60,547 nucleotides of DNA from Candidatus Methylomirabilota bacterium (GTDB lineage: Bacteria; Methylomirabilota; Methylomirabilia; Rokubacteriales; DASRDR01): positions 1 through 60,547 of the forward strand of contig DATAFX010000031.1 of NCBI GenBank assembly GCA_036257195.1, given 5' to 3'. The position numbers and the translations under genes are program-made. A model generated the notes under the pieces. That model was not told the DNA's origin and ran no database searches. It saw only the letters and a program-made list of their open reading frames with translations. Shown here piece after piece: positions 19,095 through 29,786 of the stretch (positions are counted from its first letter, which is position 1; every line of letters begins with the position of its first letter).

Positions 19095-19661
19095 ATGAAC
19101 GGACGATGGCCGACCACGAAGGCGATCGCGGCGTGGGCCCTGACCGTGGGGCTCGCCCTGGCAATGCTCATGACCTGCCCCTCGATGGTGAGCGCCGAAG
19201 GCGGCGGGGGGAGCGGCGGTGGCGGTGGCGGCGGTGGTGGCGGCGAAGCCGGAGAGGCGGCCGGAAAGCCCGCGGACCCGGACTACGCCGCCGGCGTGAA
19301 GGCGATCGAAGCGAAGCAGTATGCCGCCGCGATCCCGCTGCTCCAGAAGGCCATCTCACGGGACGGCACGAACCCGGACTCCCACAACTGGCTCGCCTAC
19401 GCGGTGCGCCGGAACGGCGATCCGGCCGGGTCGATCCCGATCTACGAGAAGGCGCTGGCCCTCGATCCCAAGCACCGCGGCGCCCACGAGTACATCGGGG
19501 AGGCGTATCTCGCCCTCGACAACCTGCCGAAGGCCAAGGAGCACCTCGCGCGCCTGGACAAGCTGTGCGTCTTCTCGTGCTCGGAGTACCGGGACCTGAA
19601 GAAGGCCGTCCAGGCCTACGAGTCGAGCGGAGGCAAGGTCAAGCCGGCGGCCAGCCGCTGA
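19095..19661 (+). CDS. secreted TPR-repeat protein with poly-glycine linker
   Basis: Signal-like N-terminus (WPTTKAIAAWALTVGLALAMLMTCPSMVSA), a 15-residue Gly/Ser run, then TPR-like repeats (HNWLAYAVRRNGDPAGSIPIYEKALALDPKHRGAHEYIGEAYLALDN). GGAGGA lies upstream of ATG 19095. Confidence 0.7.
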   Translation: MNGRWPTTKAIAAWALTVGLALAMLMTCPSMVSAEGGGGSGGGGGGGGGGEAGEAAGKPADPDYAAGVKAIEAKQYAAAIPLLQKAISRDGTNPDSHNWLAYAVRRNGDPAGSIPIYEKALALDPKHRGAHEYIGEAYLALDNLPKAKEHLARLDKLCVFSCSEYRDLKKAVQAYESSGGKVKPAASR

Positions 19662-19717
19662 GACCCTCGAGCATCCCCGCTCGGCAGTCGGCGGCGGCCG
19701 GGCGGGGTCTCGGGCGG

Positions 19718-19894
19718 TGGTAGACTGCCGTCGGCCGCCTCAGGATGGGTTCCGAGCCGGCCCCGTCGAGAGGCCACTGATGAGCGAGCCGGCCTGCCGC
19801 CCGATGGTCCTCGAAGACCTCCTCCGCATTCGCTTCGTCGGCGATCCCCAGCTCCACCCCGATGGGTGCCGCGGCGCCCTCGTCGTCACCACGC
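19718..19894 (+). repeat. left copy of a ~177-bp direct repeat (duplicate of the S9 peptidase promoter, leader and first ~38 codons)
   Basis: Hand alignment with 22169-22345 gives about 16 differences, including one 1-nt indel. Both copies start TGGTAGACTGCCGTCGGCCGCCTC. Confidence 0.85.
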
Positions 19895-19956
19895 GGTGTG
19901 TCCAAAGGGGGTCATCGTCCGTAGACGTGGGGCACGCCTCTCCGGGCTCGTTCTGA
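19780..19956 (+). pseudogene. 5' fragment of an S9 peptidase gene (duplicate of 22230-22345), then unrelated sequence to a stop
   Basis: MSEPACRPMVLEDLLRIRFVGDPQLHPDG... here versus MSEPARRPMVPEDLLCIRFVGDPQLHPDG... in the intact gene. Similarity ends near 19894. Confidence 0.75.
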
Positions 19957-20021
19957 CCCGGGCGGCTCGAGCGTCTCGGGATCGGATCTCCGCTGCCGGC
20001 GGACGGTGAGAGAAGAACCTC

Positions 20022-21257
20022 GTGAAGCGTGTGGCCGTGCTCGGCGCGGGGCTCACGGGCGTAGGCGCAGCGCTGGAGCTGGCTCGCAACGACGTCGACG
20101 TCACGCTCATCGATCAAGACGACGCGCCGATGAACCGCGCCGGTCTTCGCAACGAGGGCAAGATCCACCTCGGCCTCAACTACGCGAAGGACGCGTCGCT
20201 CGCAACCGCGAGGACGCTTCTGGACGGCGCTCTCCGCTTCCGTGCCCTCCTCGAACGGTGGGTGGGGCCGGCCGCTGACGGGCTGGCCACGTCCACGGCG
20301 TTCGTGTACCTCGTCGCGCGAGACTTGCTGCTCCGGTCGGAGGATCTCGAGGCGTACTATGCGTCAGTCGACAGCCTGTACCGGGAGCGTCTGGCCGGTG
20401 ACCCAAGGCTCGACTATCTCGGCCTTCGGCCCGAGAGGCTGTACGACGGATGCGGCCGGGGCCTCCTCGACGCGGTCTTCCGGAGGTCCCACGTCGCCGA
20501 TGCGTTCCAGACGGTCGAGCGGGCCATCGATACCGACGAGCTGGCTCGGCTGCTACGCCGAGCCGTCGCGGAGTCCGCGCGTATCCGCTTCCGGCCAGGT
20601 CGTCGTGTCGAGGGTGTCGAATCCAGCGGCGGAGCGTTCCGAGTCGAGGGCTCGGGCCCCGCAGGCTCCTGGCGGCTCGTCGCAGACCAGGTCGTGAACG
20701 CGCTGTGGGAGGGTCGCCGCCGCATCGACAGCTCCTTCGGCCTGGTCCCGGACCCAGGTTGGCTCCACCGGCTGAAGTTCCGCACGATCGTGAAGCTCCC
20801 AGCCATGCTTCGGCGCGCTCCCTCCGCGAGCATGGTCCTTGGGCGCTACGGTGACGTCGTGATCTTGCCGCGTGGTACCGCGTGCCTCTCCTGGTATCCC
20901 GTGGGTCTCCAGGGCTGGACTCACGAGCTCGGACCACCAGAGTCCTGGGACGGCCCATGCCGGGGCGAGGTGGATTCGGCCCAGGCGTGCTGGATGGCGG
21001 CGGAGACCATCGCGGCGATCGAACCGTGGTATCCGGGCATTGGACAGTCAAGACCCCTGCGCGTCGATGCCGGTGTCATCGTGGCGCACGGGTGCACGGA
21101 TGTCGACGACGCGGATAGCGAGCTTCACAGTCGGTCGCGCATCGGGGTGGTCTCGGTGGACGGGTATCACAGCGTCGAGCCTGCCAAGCTGACGACGGCG
21201 CCACTGGTGGCGAAGATCGCGGCCGAACGGGTCATCGCCCCGCCCGGCGGGTCGTGA
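20022..21257 (+). CDS. FAD/NAD(P)-binding oxidoreductase
   Basis: N-terminal Rossmann motif KRVAVLGAGLTGVGAALELA...VTLIDQ. No finer family recognised. Lies inside the repeat-bounded insertion. Confidence 0.7.
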   Translation: MKRVAVLGAGLTGVGAALELARNDVDVTLIDQDDAPMNRAGLRNEGKIHLGLNYAKDASLATARTLLDGALRFRALLERWVGPAADGLATSTAFVYLVARDLLLRSEDLEAYYASVDSLYRERLAGDPRLDYLGLRPERLYDGCGRGLLDAVFRRSHVADAFQTVERAIDTDELARLLRRAVAESARIRFRPGRRVEGVESSGGAFRVEGSGPAGSWRLVADQVVNALWEGRRRIDSSFGLVPDPGWLHRLKFRTIVKLPAMLRRAPSASMVLGRYGDVVILPRGTACLSWYPVGLQGWTHELGPPESWDGPCRGEVDSAQACWMAAETIAAIEPWYPGIGQSRPLRVDAGVIVAHGCTDVDDADSELHSRSRIGVVSVDGYHSVEPAKLTTAPLVAKIAAERVIAPPGGS

Positions 21258-21263
21258 ATTCGG

Positions 21264-22127
21264 ATGGCGAACGCGCTCCCGCGGGCGGTCGCGCTGGTCC
21301 CCACGCGTAACGCCGAATCGTTCGTCGACGCGACGTTGAGGTCGCTTGCCGCGCAGACCTACCCCCGCTTCGAGGTCCTGGTGTCCGACGACGCGTCCAC
21401 GGACGCGACGGCGACGATCTGTGAGCGCTTCGCGGCCGGCGACTCCAGGTTCCGTGTTTTGCGGCAGGAGCACCGCCTGGGGTGGGTCGGCAACACGAAT
21501 GCGTTGCTCCGGGCGGCCGACGGCGAGTATCAGCTCTTCGCATGCCACGACGACCTCCTGGCGCCGACCTACGTCGCTTGCCTGGTCGACGAGCTGGAAC
21601 GCGATTCGGGCGCCGTGCTGGCGTTCTCCGACGGCGAGATCGTGCAGCTCGATGGGCGGGTCGAAGGGTGGAGCTTCACGGAGCTCGACGGCATCCACCA
21701 TCGGCTCGAGCGGGCGGTCACGATTGTCCGGCAGCCGCCGGGCTGGGCGGTCCCCTACCATGGTCTGTTTCGGGCTTCGGCGGCCGCGCGCATCGGCGGA
21801 TTGCGACGGCATCGGGCCGGGGAGTTTGGCGCAGACTGGCCATGGCTCCTGCGCATGTCGCTCCGGGGAGGGTTCGTGCGTGTGGCGGAACGCCTCTTTC
21901 GGAAGGTGTGTTACCCGCAGGGGTTGGCCCGGAGCTGGGGGAGCAGCGCCTGGGGCAGACTCGGCGTGACGCTGGCGTGTGTCGGTGAGGTACACCGTGC
22001 CGGTCTGCTCCCCAAGGAGGGGATCCGCCTACAGGCGGAGCTTTCCCGCTCCTGCGCGAGGTTCTTGCTGTCCGTCATTCGTCGTCGGTGCTCCCGAGGC
22101 GCTAGGCGGTTCTTGACCGGCGGCTGA
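21264..22127 (+). CDS. family 2 glycosyltransferase
   Basis: VALVPTRNAESFVDATLRSLAAQTYPRFEVLVSDDASTD and ACHDDL (DxD-like) motifs. Starts 6 nt after the oxidoreductase gene. Confidence 0.8.
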   Translation: MANALPRAVALVPTRNAESFVDATLRSLAAQTYPRFEVLVSDDASTDATATICERFAAGDSRFRVLRQEHRLGWVGNTNALLRAADGEYQLFACHDDLLAPTYVACLVDELERDSGAVLAFSDGEIVQLDGRVEGWSFTELDGIHHRLERAVTIVRQPPGWAVPYHGLFRASAAARIGGLRRHRAGEFGADWPWLLRMSLRGGFVRVAERLFRKVCYPQGLARSWGSSAWGRLGVTLACVGEVHRAGLLPKEGIRLQAELSRSCARFLLSVIRRRCSRGARRFLTGG

Positions 22128-22168
22128 CCATGCTCCAAACCGCGGGCCCGCCGACTGCCGGGCGCCGA

Positions 22169-22345
22169 TGGTAGACTGCCGTCGGCCGCCTCGCGATGGG
22201 TTTCGAGCCGGCCCATCGAGAGGCCACTGATGAGCGAGCCGGCCCGCCGCCCGATGGTCCCTGAAGACCTCCTCTGCATTCGCTTCGTCGGCGATCCCCA
22301 GCTCCACCCCGACGGACGCCTCGTCGCCTTCGTCGTCACCACGCT
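22169..22345 (+). repeat. right copy of the ~177-bp direct repeat (native promoter and 5' end of the S9 peptidase gene)
   Basis: See 19718-19894. Contains TGGTAGACT (22169-22177) and the ATG at 22230. Confidence 0.85.
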
Positions 22346-24215
22346 GTCCGAGGCGCGGGACGAGTACCTGTCGACCATCTGGGTCGTGGACGTCGAGGGT
22401 GGAGCCCCGCGCCCGTTCACCCGCGGGCCGCGGCGTGACACGGCGCCTCGCTGGTCGCCGGACGGGCGATGGCTTGCCTTCGTGTCCGAGCGGGAGAAGA
22501 AGCAGAAGGGTCAGCTCCACGTGATGCCGGCTGACGGGGGCGAGGCCCTTCGCCTCACCGACCTGCGGCCCGGGGTATCGAGCCCCGCCTGGTCTCCGGA
22601 CGGGCGGTGGCTCGCCTTCGTATCCCGGGTCGGCGGGTGGGAGGAGCCCGAGGACGAGGAGGAGCGCGAGCGCTCCAAGCCGCCGCGGGTCATTGACGTT
22701 CTCAAGTACAAGTCGAACGGCGTGGGCTTCGTCTACGATCGGCCGGAGCAGATCTTCGTGGTCCCGGCCGCCGGCGGCGAGGTGCGGCAGCTCACCACCG
22801 GTTCGTTCGACAGCCACCATCCGGCGTGGTCCCCGGACAGCCAGCTCGTGGCCTTCGCCTCCGCCCGTCACGCCGAGCGCGACGAGGACCTGGCGGCCGA
22901 CGTCTTCACGGTGCCCGTCGGGGGCGGGGACCTCCGCCAGCTGACGCGGAGCGAGGGGCCGGTGTCCTGGCCGGCGTTCTCGCCGGACGGTCGGGTGGTC
23001 GCCTATGTCGGGCATTCCGATCGGCGCGGGGTCTCGCGCCACCACCGCGTGTACACGGTTCCCGCCGGCGGTGGCTCGCCGGTCTGCGTGACCGCGACCC
23101 TCGACCGGAGCTGCGAGGCCCTGGTGGGCGCGGTGGCGCCGCTCTGGCTCGGAGCGACCGGCACGCTCGCCTTCCTGGTGGAGGACGAGGGCGACGCGCC
23201 CCTCTACCGGGTCAGGCCGGCGCCGTGCGGCGCACCGGAGCGTCTCGTCGGCGGGACGCGCCAGGTGACCGGATTCTCCGCATCGAGAGACGGCGCGCTC
23301 GTCGCCTTCACGGCTACGGACGACACGTCGCCCCCCGAGCTCTTCGCGTGCCGGGCCGACGGGATCGGCGAGCGCCAGCTGACGGATCTCAACCGGGAGT
23401 GGAAGGCCGAGGTCTGGCGGGCGCGGCCGGAGCGATTCCGGTTCGAGCGCGCCGGCTTCACGGTCGACGGCTGGGTGATGCCGCCCTTCGGCCAGGAACC
23501 CGGCCGGCGCTACCCAGCGCTCCTCAACGTCCACGGTGGGCCGACGAGCCAGTACGGTCACCGCTTCTTCGACGAGTTCCAGGTCTACACGGGGGCCGGC
23601 TATGCCGTCGTGTACCTGAACCCCCGGGGGAGCCGCGGCTACAGCGAAGCGTTCGCGCGGGCCGTGGTGGGGGACTGGGGGGGCGGCGACTACACCGATC
23701 TCATGACCGGGCTCGACGAGGCGCTTCGTCGATTCGACTTCCTCGATCCGGGACGCCTCGGGGTGATGGGCGGGAGCTACGGCGGCTTCATGACGAGCTG
23801 GATCGTCGGCCATACCGACCGCTTCCGGGCCGCGTGCTCCGAGCGCGCCGTCAACGCCATGTGGAGCATGTACGGGACCAGCGACATCGGCCACTGGTTC
23901 CAGGAGGCTCACGCGCTCGGCCGGCCGCCCTGGGAAGACCTGAAGTGGTACCTCGAGCGCTCGCCCCTGTCTTACGTCCGCGACATCCGCACCCCGCTCC
24001 TGATCCTCCACTCGGAGAGCGACCTCCGCTGTCCCATGGAGCAGGCGGAGCAGCTCTACGTGGCGTTGAAGAAGCTCCAGCGGCCGGTGCGCCTCGTCCG
24101 GTTCCCGGACGAGGACCACGAGCTCTCCCGCTCCGGCCGGCCGCGCCACCGGCTTGCGCGGTTCCGCATCCTCCTGGAGTGGTTCCGAGAGCACCTTCCA
24201 CCGGGGCCGTCCTGA
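22230..24215 (+). CDS. S9 family serine peptidase (acylaminoacyl-peptidase / prolyl oligopeptidase-like)
   Basis: 661 aa. The N-terminal beta-propeller region has repeated WSPDG motifs. The C-terminal hydrolase domain has the nucleophile motif VMGGSYGGFM. Confidence 0.9.
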   Translation: MSEPARRPMVPEDLLCIRFVGDPQLHPDGRLVAFVVTTLSEARDEYLSTIWVVDVEGGAPRPFTRGPRRDTAPRWSPDGRWLAFVSEREKKQKGQLHVMPADGGEALRLTDLRPGVSSPAWSPDGRWLAFVSRVGGWEEPEDEEERERSKPPRVIDVLKYKSNGVGFVYDRPEQIFVVPAAGGEVRQLTTGSFDSHHPAWSPDSQLVAFASARHAERDEDLAADVFTVPVGGGDLRQLTRSEGPVSWPAFSPDGRVVAYVGHSDRRGVSRHHRVYTVPAGGGSPVCVTATLDRSCEALVGAVAPLWLGATGTLAFLVEDEGDAPLYRVRPAPCGAPERLVGGTRQVTGFSASRDGALVAFTATDDTSPPELFACRADGIGERQLTDLNREWKAEVWRARPERFRFERAGFTVDGWVMPPFGQEPGRRYPALLNVHGGPTSQYGHRFFDEFQVYTGAGYAVVYLNPRGSRGYSEAFARAVVGDWGGGDYTDLMTGLDEALRRFDFLDPGRLGVMGGSYGGFMTSWIVGHTDRFRAACSERAVNAMWSMYGTSDIGHWFQEAHALGRPPWEDLKWYLERSPLSYVRDIRTPLLILHSESDLRCPMEQAEQLYVALKKLQRPVRLVRFPDEDHELSRSGRPRHRLARFRILLEWFREHLPPGPS

Positions 24216-24261
24216 GGAGCGGAATCCCGGGCCGGGCGCGCCGCCCCGTGCGCATCCGGAC

Positions 24262-25380
24262 GTGACGCGGCTCGTCCTGGTCGGCGGCGGTCATGCCCAC
24301 CTCCGCGTTCTGGCCGATCTCGCCGCTCGGCCGCTCTCCGGCGTCCAGGTCACGCTCGTCTCACCCTCCGCCTGGCACCACTATTCCGGGATGGTGCCTG
24401 GCTTCCTCCAGGGGGTGTACGCCGAGTCGGAGCTGACGATCGATCTCGCCGGACTCGCTGTTCGGGCGGGGGCGCGACTCGTCGAGGCCCACGCCGAGCG
24501 GCTCGACGTCACGGGGCGCAGCGTGGAGGCGGGCGAGACGCGGCTGCCCTTCGACGTCCTGTCGCTCGACGTGGGCGCCGATCCCGCCGGGCTTGATGTT
24601 CCCGGCGCGCGCGAGCACGCGATGCCCATCCGTCCGATGCGCCGGGCGGTCCAGCTCCTGGCGCGGATCGACGCCCTGGCGACGCCGGGGCGACGCGGCC
24701 CGGTCCGTGTCACGGTGGTGGGCGCGGGCGCCGGAGGCGTCGAGGTGGCGCTCGCCGTCCACCGCCGGATCCGGGCGCGGGGCTCCCGGCCGGAGGTGAC
24801 CCTGGTCGAGGCCGCGTCGGACGTCCTTCCCGACTACGCGGCCCCGGTGCGCCGCCGCGCGGCGGGCATCCTCGCCCGGCGCGGCGTCGGGATTAGGCTC
24901 GGCCGCGCAGTGAGCCGGGTGGAGGCGGGTGCCATCTACCTCACCGACGGGCCCGGCGCCCCGGCGGACCTGGTCGTGTGGATCGCCGGCGCGGCAGGCC
25001 CCGCCTTGCTCGCGCGCGCCGAGCTCCCGCTCGATCTCCGTGGTTTTCTCCTGGTCGGTCCCACGCTCCGGGCGGTGGACGGCGCGCCGGTCTGGGCTGC
25101 GGGCGACTGCGCGACGCTGGCCGAGCACCCGGAGACGCCGAAGGCGGGCGTGTACGCGGTCCGTCAGGGACCGGTGCTGGCGCGGAACCTCCGCGCGGCG
25201 CTGGGCGCGGGGACACCCGCGCCGTACGTCCCGCAGCGGACGTTCCTGTCGCTCCTCAATACTGCGGACGGCAGGGCCCTGCTCCGCTGGCACGGGGTCG
25301 TCAGCCACTCGCGCTTCGCGTGGTGGCTCAAGGACCGTATCGACCGCCGCTTCGTCCGCCGCTACCGCGCGCGGGCGTGA
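24262..25380 (+). CDS. pyridine nucleotide-disulfide oxidoreductase family flavoprotein (the type found fused N-terminally to SelD in some organisms)
   Basis: From GTG 24262: VTRLVLVGGGHAHLRVL, second dinucleotide motif VTVVGAGAGGVEVA, AAGDCA. The family resemblance is from memory of this N-terminal pattern and needs an HMM check. Confidence 0.75.
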   Translation: MTRLVLVGGGHAHLRVLADLAARPLSGVQVTLVSPSAWHHYSGMVPGFLQGVYAESELTIDLAGLAVRAGARLVEAHAERLDVTGRSVEAGETRLPFDVLSLDVGADPAGLDVPGAREHAMPIRPMRRAVQLLARIDALATPGRRGPVRVTVVGAGAGGVEVALAVHRRIRARGSRPEVTLVEAASDVLPDYAAPVRRRAAGILARRGVGIRLGRAVSRVEAGAIYLTDGPGAPADLVVWIAGAAGPALLARAELPLDLRGFLLVGPTLRAVDGAPVWAAGDCATLAEHPETPKAGVYAVRQGPVLARNLRAALGAGTPAPYVPQRTFLSLLNTADGRALLRWHGVVSHSRFAWWLKDRIDRRFVRRYRARA

Positions 25381-25463
25381 CTCCCTCTTGCGTGACCGGC
25401 GGAGGGCGTCCTACCGTGGACTCGCCCTTTCCGAGCGCCCTGATGGAGGGAGGACGGCGGGCC

Positions 25464-25697
25464 ATGGGTCGTCGAGCGCTGTTCTGGGCCGGCGCGGTGC
25501 TGGTCGGGCTCATCCTCCAGCAGTTCGCCGTCTGGTGGTTCGGGCCTGAGGCGAATCGCTGGCTCGGCGCGGCCCTCCTGATCGTCGTCCTGCTCTCGGT
25601 CCCGGCGGTCCTTCTGACGAGCCGCGTCGGGGGGCTGAGCCGCTGGCGGCGGTGGCGCGAGGCGCGTCGGCGCGCCCTACGGCACCACCGGAGCTGA
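25464..25697 (+). CDS. hypothetical small membrane protein (2 TM)
   Basis: MGRRALFWAGAVLVGLILQQFAVWWF...LGAALLIVVLLSVPAVLL. GGAGGGAGGA lies upstream of ATG 25464. Weak call. Confidence 0.35.
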   Translation: MGRRALFWAGAVLVGLILQQFAVWWFGPEANRWLGAALLIVVLLSVPAVLLTSRVGGLSRWRRWREARRRALRHHRS

Positions 25698-26408
25698 TCC
25701 CGGCTCGCCGCTCTCCGCGGCGCCGGTTGCATCGCCGTAGTACCAGCGGTGCAGCCGTTCCGGTCCGACCCCGCAGAGGTAGAGGAAGCGGAGCGTCCAC
25801 ATGAGGACGATCGTCCGCGCCGCCCCGTCGCGTTCCCAGCGCCGCGCCGAGGTCGTGACGGCCAGTCCCAGCGGAGCCAGCCGACCGGCGCGCTTCAGCC
25901 GGCGCGTCAGCTCGATGTCTTCCATGAGGGCGATCTCCGGGTAGCCGCCGAGGCGAGTGAACGCCGTGCGCCGGACGAAGATGGCCTGGTCGCCCGTGCA
26001 GATGCCCGTCACCCGCGAGCGGAGGTTCATGAGCGCCGCGATCAGCCGGAACACCGGTCGCGCGCTGTCGAAGCGGACGTCGAAGCGGCCGTAGGCGACC
26101 GACGGGTCGGCGAGGGCGTCGAGAACTGCCCGGGCGCCCCCCGGCGGCAGCCGCGTGTCGGCGTGGAGGAAGAGGAGCGCGTCGCCCGTCGCCGCGCGGG
26201 CACCTGCGTTCATCTGGCGCGCCCGGCCGCGATCGCTCGACACGAGACGGATCCCCGGCGCCCGGGCGGCGAGCTCCGCGCTCCCGTCCCGGCTCCCCCC
26301 GTCGGCGACGACCACCTCGACGTCCGGGCAGTCGCGCGCCAGGCTGGCCAGCACCGCCGGGAGGTGGACGGCCTCGTCGAGGACGGGGACGACGACCGAC
26401 AGCTTCAC
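25677..26408 (-). CDS. GT2-type glycosyltransferase of the kind associated with ArsS-like radical SAM genes
   Basis: VKLSVVVPVLDEAVHLPAVLASL...VVVADGGSRDGS...LFLHADT. GTG 26408 overlaps the upstream stop (GTGA). Confidence 0.8.
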   Translation of the reverse strand: MKLSVVVPVLDEAVHLPAVLASLARDCPDVEVVVADGGSRDGSAELAARAPGIRLVSSDRGRARQMNAGARAATGDALLFLHADTRLPPGGARAVLDALADPSVAYGRFDVRFDSARPVFRLIAALMNLRSRVTGICTGDQAIFVRRTAFTRLGGYPEIALMEDIELTRRLKRAGRLAPLGLAVTTSARRWERDGAARTIVLMWTLRFLYLCGVGPERLHRWYYGDATGAAESGEPGSAPVVP

Positions 26409-27136
26409 GAGGGTGTCCGGTGGTCGGGGGCGAGGAGCTCCCTGGCCGCGGCGCTCCGGCGTGTGAGCCAGCGGGGGGCGAGCGACACCAGAACGATGAG
26501 CATCGCGGCGGCGGCGAGGGTCCACAGGACGCGCGTCGGGCCGCCGCCGCCGGAGAAGGCGCCGCCGGCCAGCGTGAAGGCGACGGTTCCCGGCAGGATG
26601 CAGATCGACGACACTCCGACGTATGTCCAGAACGGGATCCGGGTCAGGCCGTAGGCGAAGTTCTGCAGATTGAACGGGAAGAGCGGCACCAGACGGGTGA
26701 CCGTCAGGATGCGCCAGCCGTGGCGCTCCACGGCGGCGTCGATGCGGCCGAGCCGGGGACTATCGGCCATCCAGCGCTCGACGGTGTCGCGCGCCAGATG
26801 CCGCGCGACGAGGAACGCGGCGGCAGCCGCGAGCATCGCCGCGATCCACGTGTAGACCGTGCCCCACAAGGGGCCGAACACCAGGCCGCCGAGGAGCGTC
26901 AGCGGCAGCGCGGGGACGAACAGAAGTTCCGCCACGACGTAGCCCGCCACGTAGACGACCGGCCCCCACGCGCCGTACGCCTCGATCGCCGCCCGGAGGT
27001 GGGCGAGCCGCTCCGGACGGACCAGGTCGTGGAGTCCGAGGCTCCAGGCGAGGACGCCCGCGGCGAGCAGGCCGAGCGCGAGTAGTGCCAGTCGACCGGG
27101 GGCTCGGGCCGGCGCCGGTCGGTGGCCGCCGCTCAC
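26405..27136 (-). CDS. TVP38/TMEM64 (DedA-related) family membrane protein
   Basis: ELLFVPALPLTLLGGLVFGPLWGTVYTWIAAMLAAAAAFLVARHL and RLVPLFPFNLQNFAYGLT. The start is GTG 27136 or GTG 27163 (uncertain). Confidence 0.75.
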   Translation of the reverse strand: MSGGHRPAPARAPGRLALLALGLLAAGVLAWSLGLHDLVRPERLAHLRAAIEAYGAWGPVVYVAGYVVAELLFVPALPLTLLGGLVFGPLWGTVYTWIAAMLAAAAAFLVARHLARDTVERWMADSPRLGRIDAAVERHGWRILTVTRLVPLFPFNLQNFAYGLTRIPFWTYVGVSSICILPGTVAFTLAGGAFSGGGGPTRVLWTLAAAAMLIVLVSLAPRWLTRRSAAARELLAPDHRTPS

Positions 27137-27150
27137 CGCGGGGTGGGGAC

Positions 27151-28673
27151 TCAGCGAATCCACCGGAGCCAGGCTCCGAGCGCCGCGCGCGCGAAGGGCG
27201 TGAGACGCGTCCGCTGGTACTGATCGGCGAGGTGGCGCACCGCCTCGGCTTGTGTCGGGTAGGGGTGGATCACGCCCGCCAGCCGGCCGAGCCCGATCCC
27301 CGCCGTCATGGCGAGCGTCAGCTCGCCGACCATCTCCCCCGCGTGGGGGGCGACGATGGTGGCGCCGACGATCCGCCCGGTCCCGCGCCGCAGGTGCACC
27401 TTGACGAATCCCTCCGTCTCGCCGTCGGTGCGCGCGCGGTCCACGTCGCCGAGGTGGCGTACCAGCGTGTTGAACGCGACCCCACGATCGCGCGTCTCGC
27501 GCTCGGTCCAGCCGACGTGGGCTACCTCCGGGTCCGTGTAGGTGCACCGCGGCATCACCAGCCGGCTCGCCCGGCGCCGGCCGGCCGCCCCGAAGAGCGC
27601 GTTCTGGACGACGATCCGCGCAGCCGCGCTGGCGGCGTGGGTGAACTTCCAGCGGAGGCACACGTCCCCGGCAGCGTAGATGCGCGAATTCGTCGTGCGC
27701 AGGTGGTCGTCCACGACGACGCCCTCGCGGGTCGAGCGCACGCCCGCCGCCTCGAGCCCCATGCCCTCGACGTTCGGCACGCGCCCGGTGGCGACGAGGA
27801 TCTCGTCGGCCGCAACGACGTCGTCCGGTCCGCTCGCGCGGTACCGCAGGACCTTTCGGCCGCCCTCGCGCGCGACGCTCGCGATCGTGGCGCCGAGGAC
27901 CAGCCGCACCCCGTCCCGGAGGAGCGCCTGCCGGACGACCTCGGCCGCGTCCGGATCCTCGCGCGGCAGGAGCTGCGGGACGTCACTCAGGAGCGTCACC
28001 TCGGCGCCGAGACGGCAGAAAGCCTGGGCCAGCTCGCAGCCGATCGGACCGCCGCCCACGACCGCCAGGTGGCTGGGCCGCTCGGTCAGGTCGAAGACCG
28101 ACTCGCTGGTGAGGAAGCCCGCCTCGGCGAGACCCGGGATCGGCGGGTGCCCGGGTCGCGCTCCGGTGGCGATGACGGCTCTCGCGAAGCGGAGCGTCCG
28201 CCCGTCGACTGCGAGGGCGTCTGGTCCGGTGAACGCGGCCTCGCCCAGGAAGACGTCGACGCCGAGCTCCCGACTGAAGCGCCACGCCGAGTCGTGGGGG
28301 CTGATCTCGGCGCGGACCCGGCGCATCCGCTCCATGACGGCGCCGAAATCGACCGCCGTCCCGCCGGGGACCTTCACGCCGAACGCCGCCGCGTCTCGGA
28401 GCTCGCCGATGACGCGCGAGGAGCGGATCACCGCCTTCGACGGGACGCAGCCCGTGACGAGGCAGTCGCCGCCCATGAAGTGGCGCTCGACCAGGGCCAC
28501 CCGGGCGCCGAGGCCTGCCGCGCCGGCGGCGGTGACGAGGCCGGCCGTCCCGGCGCCCACCACCACGAGGTGGTACCGGCGCGCTGGCTGGGGGTTCCGC
28601 CAGCCGGGCGGGTGGACGTTCTGGACGAGCGTGCGGTTGTGGACGTCGTCGGGAACGAGGCGGGGCGGGGGAC

Positions 28674-28677
<4 letters not shown>
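27151..28677 (-). CDS. flavoprotein disulfide reductase (MerA/Lpd-like) lacking an HMA domain and a C-terminal Cys pair
   Basis: HLVVVGAGTAGL, redox-active GGDCLVTGCVPSK, C-terminal HPYPTQAE. GTG 28677 overlaps the radical SAM stop (GTGA). Confidence 0.85.

Positions 28678-29782
<1,105 letters not shown>

Positions 29783-29786
<4 letters not shown>

Noticed and set aside
24154-24261. ORF-track N-terminal extension of the flavoprotein gene, overlapping the peptidase 3' end.
   Set aside because: The Rossmann motif begins right after GTG 24262. The extension overlaps the peptidase coding region and has no recognisable features.
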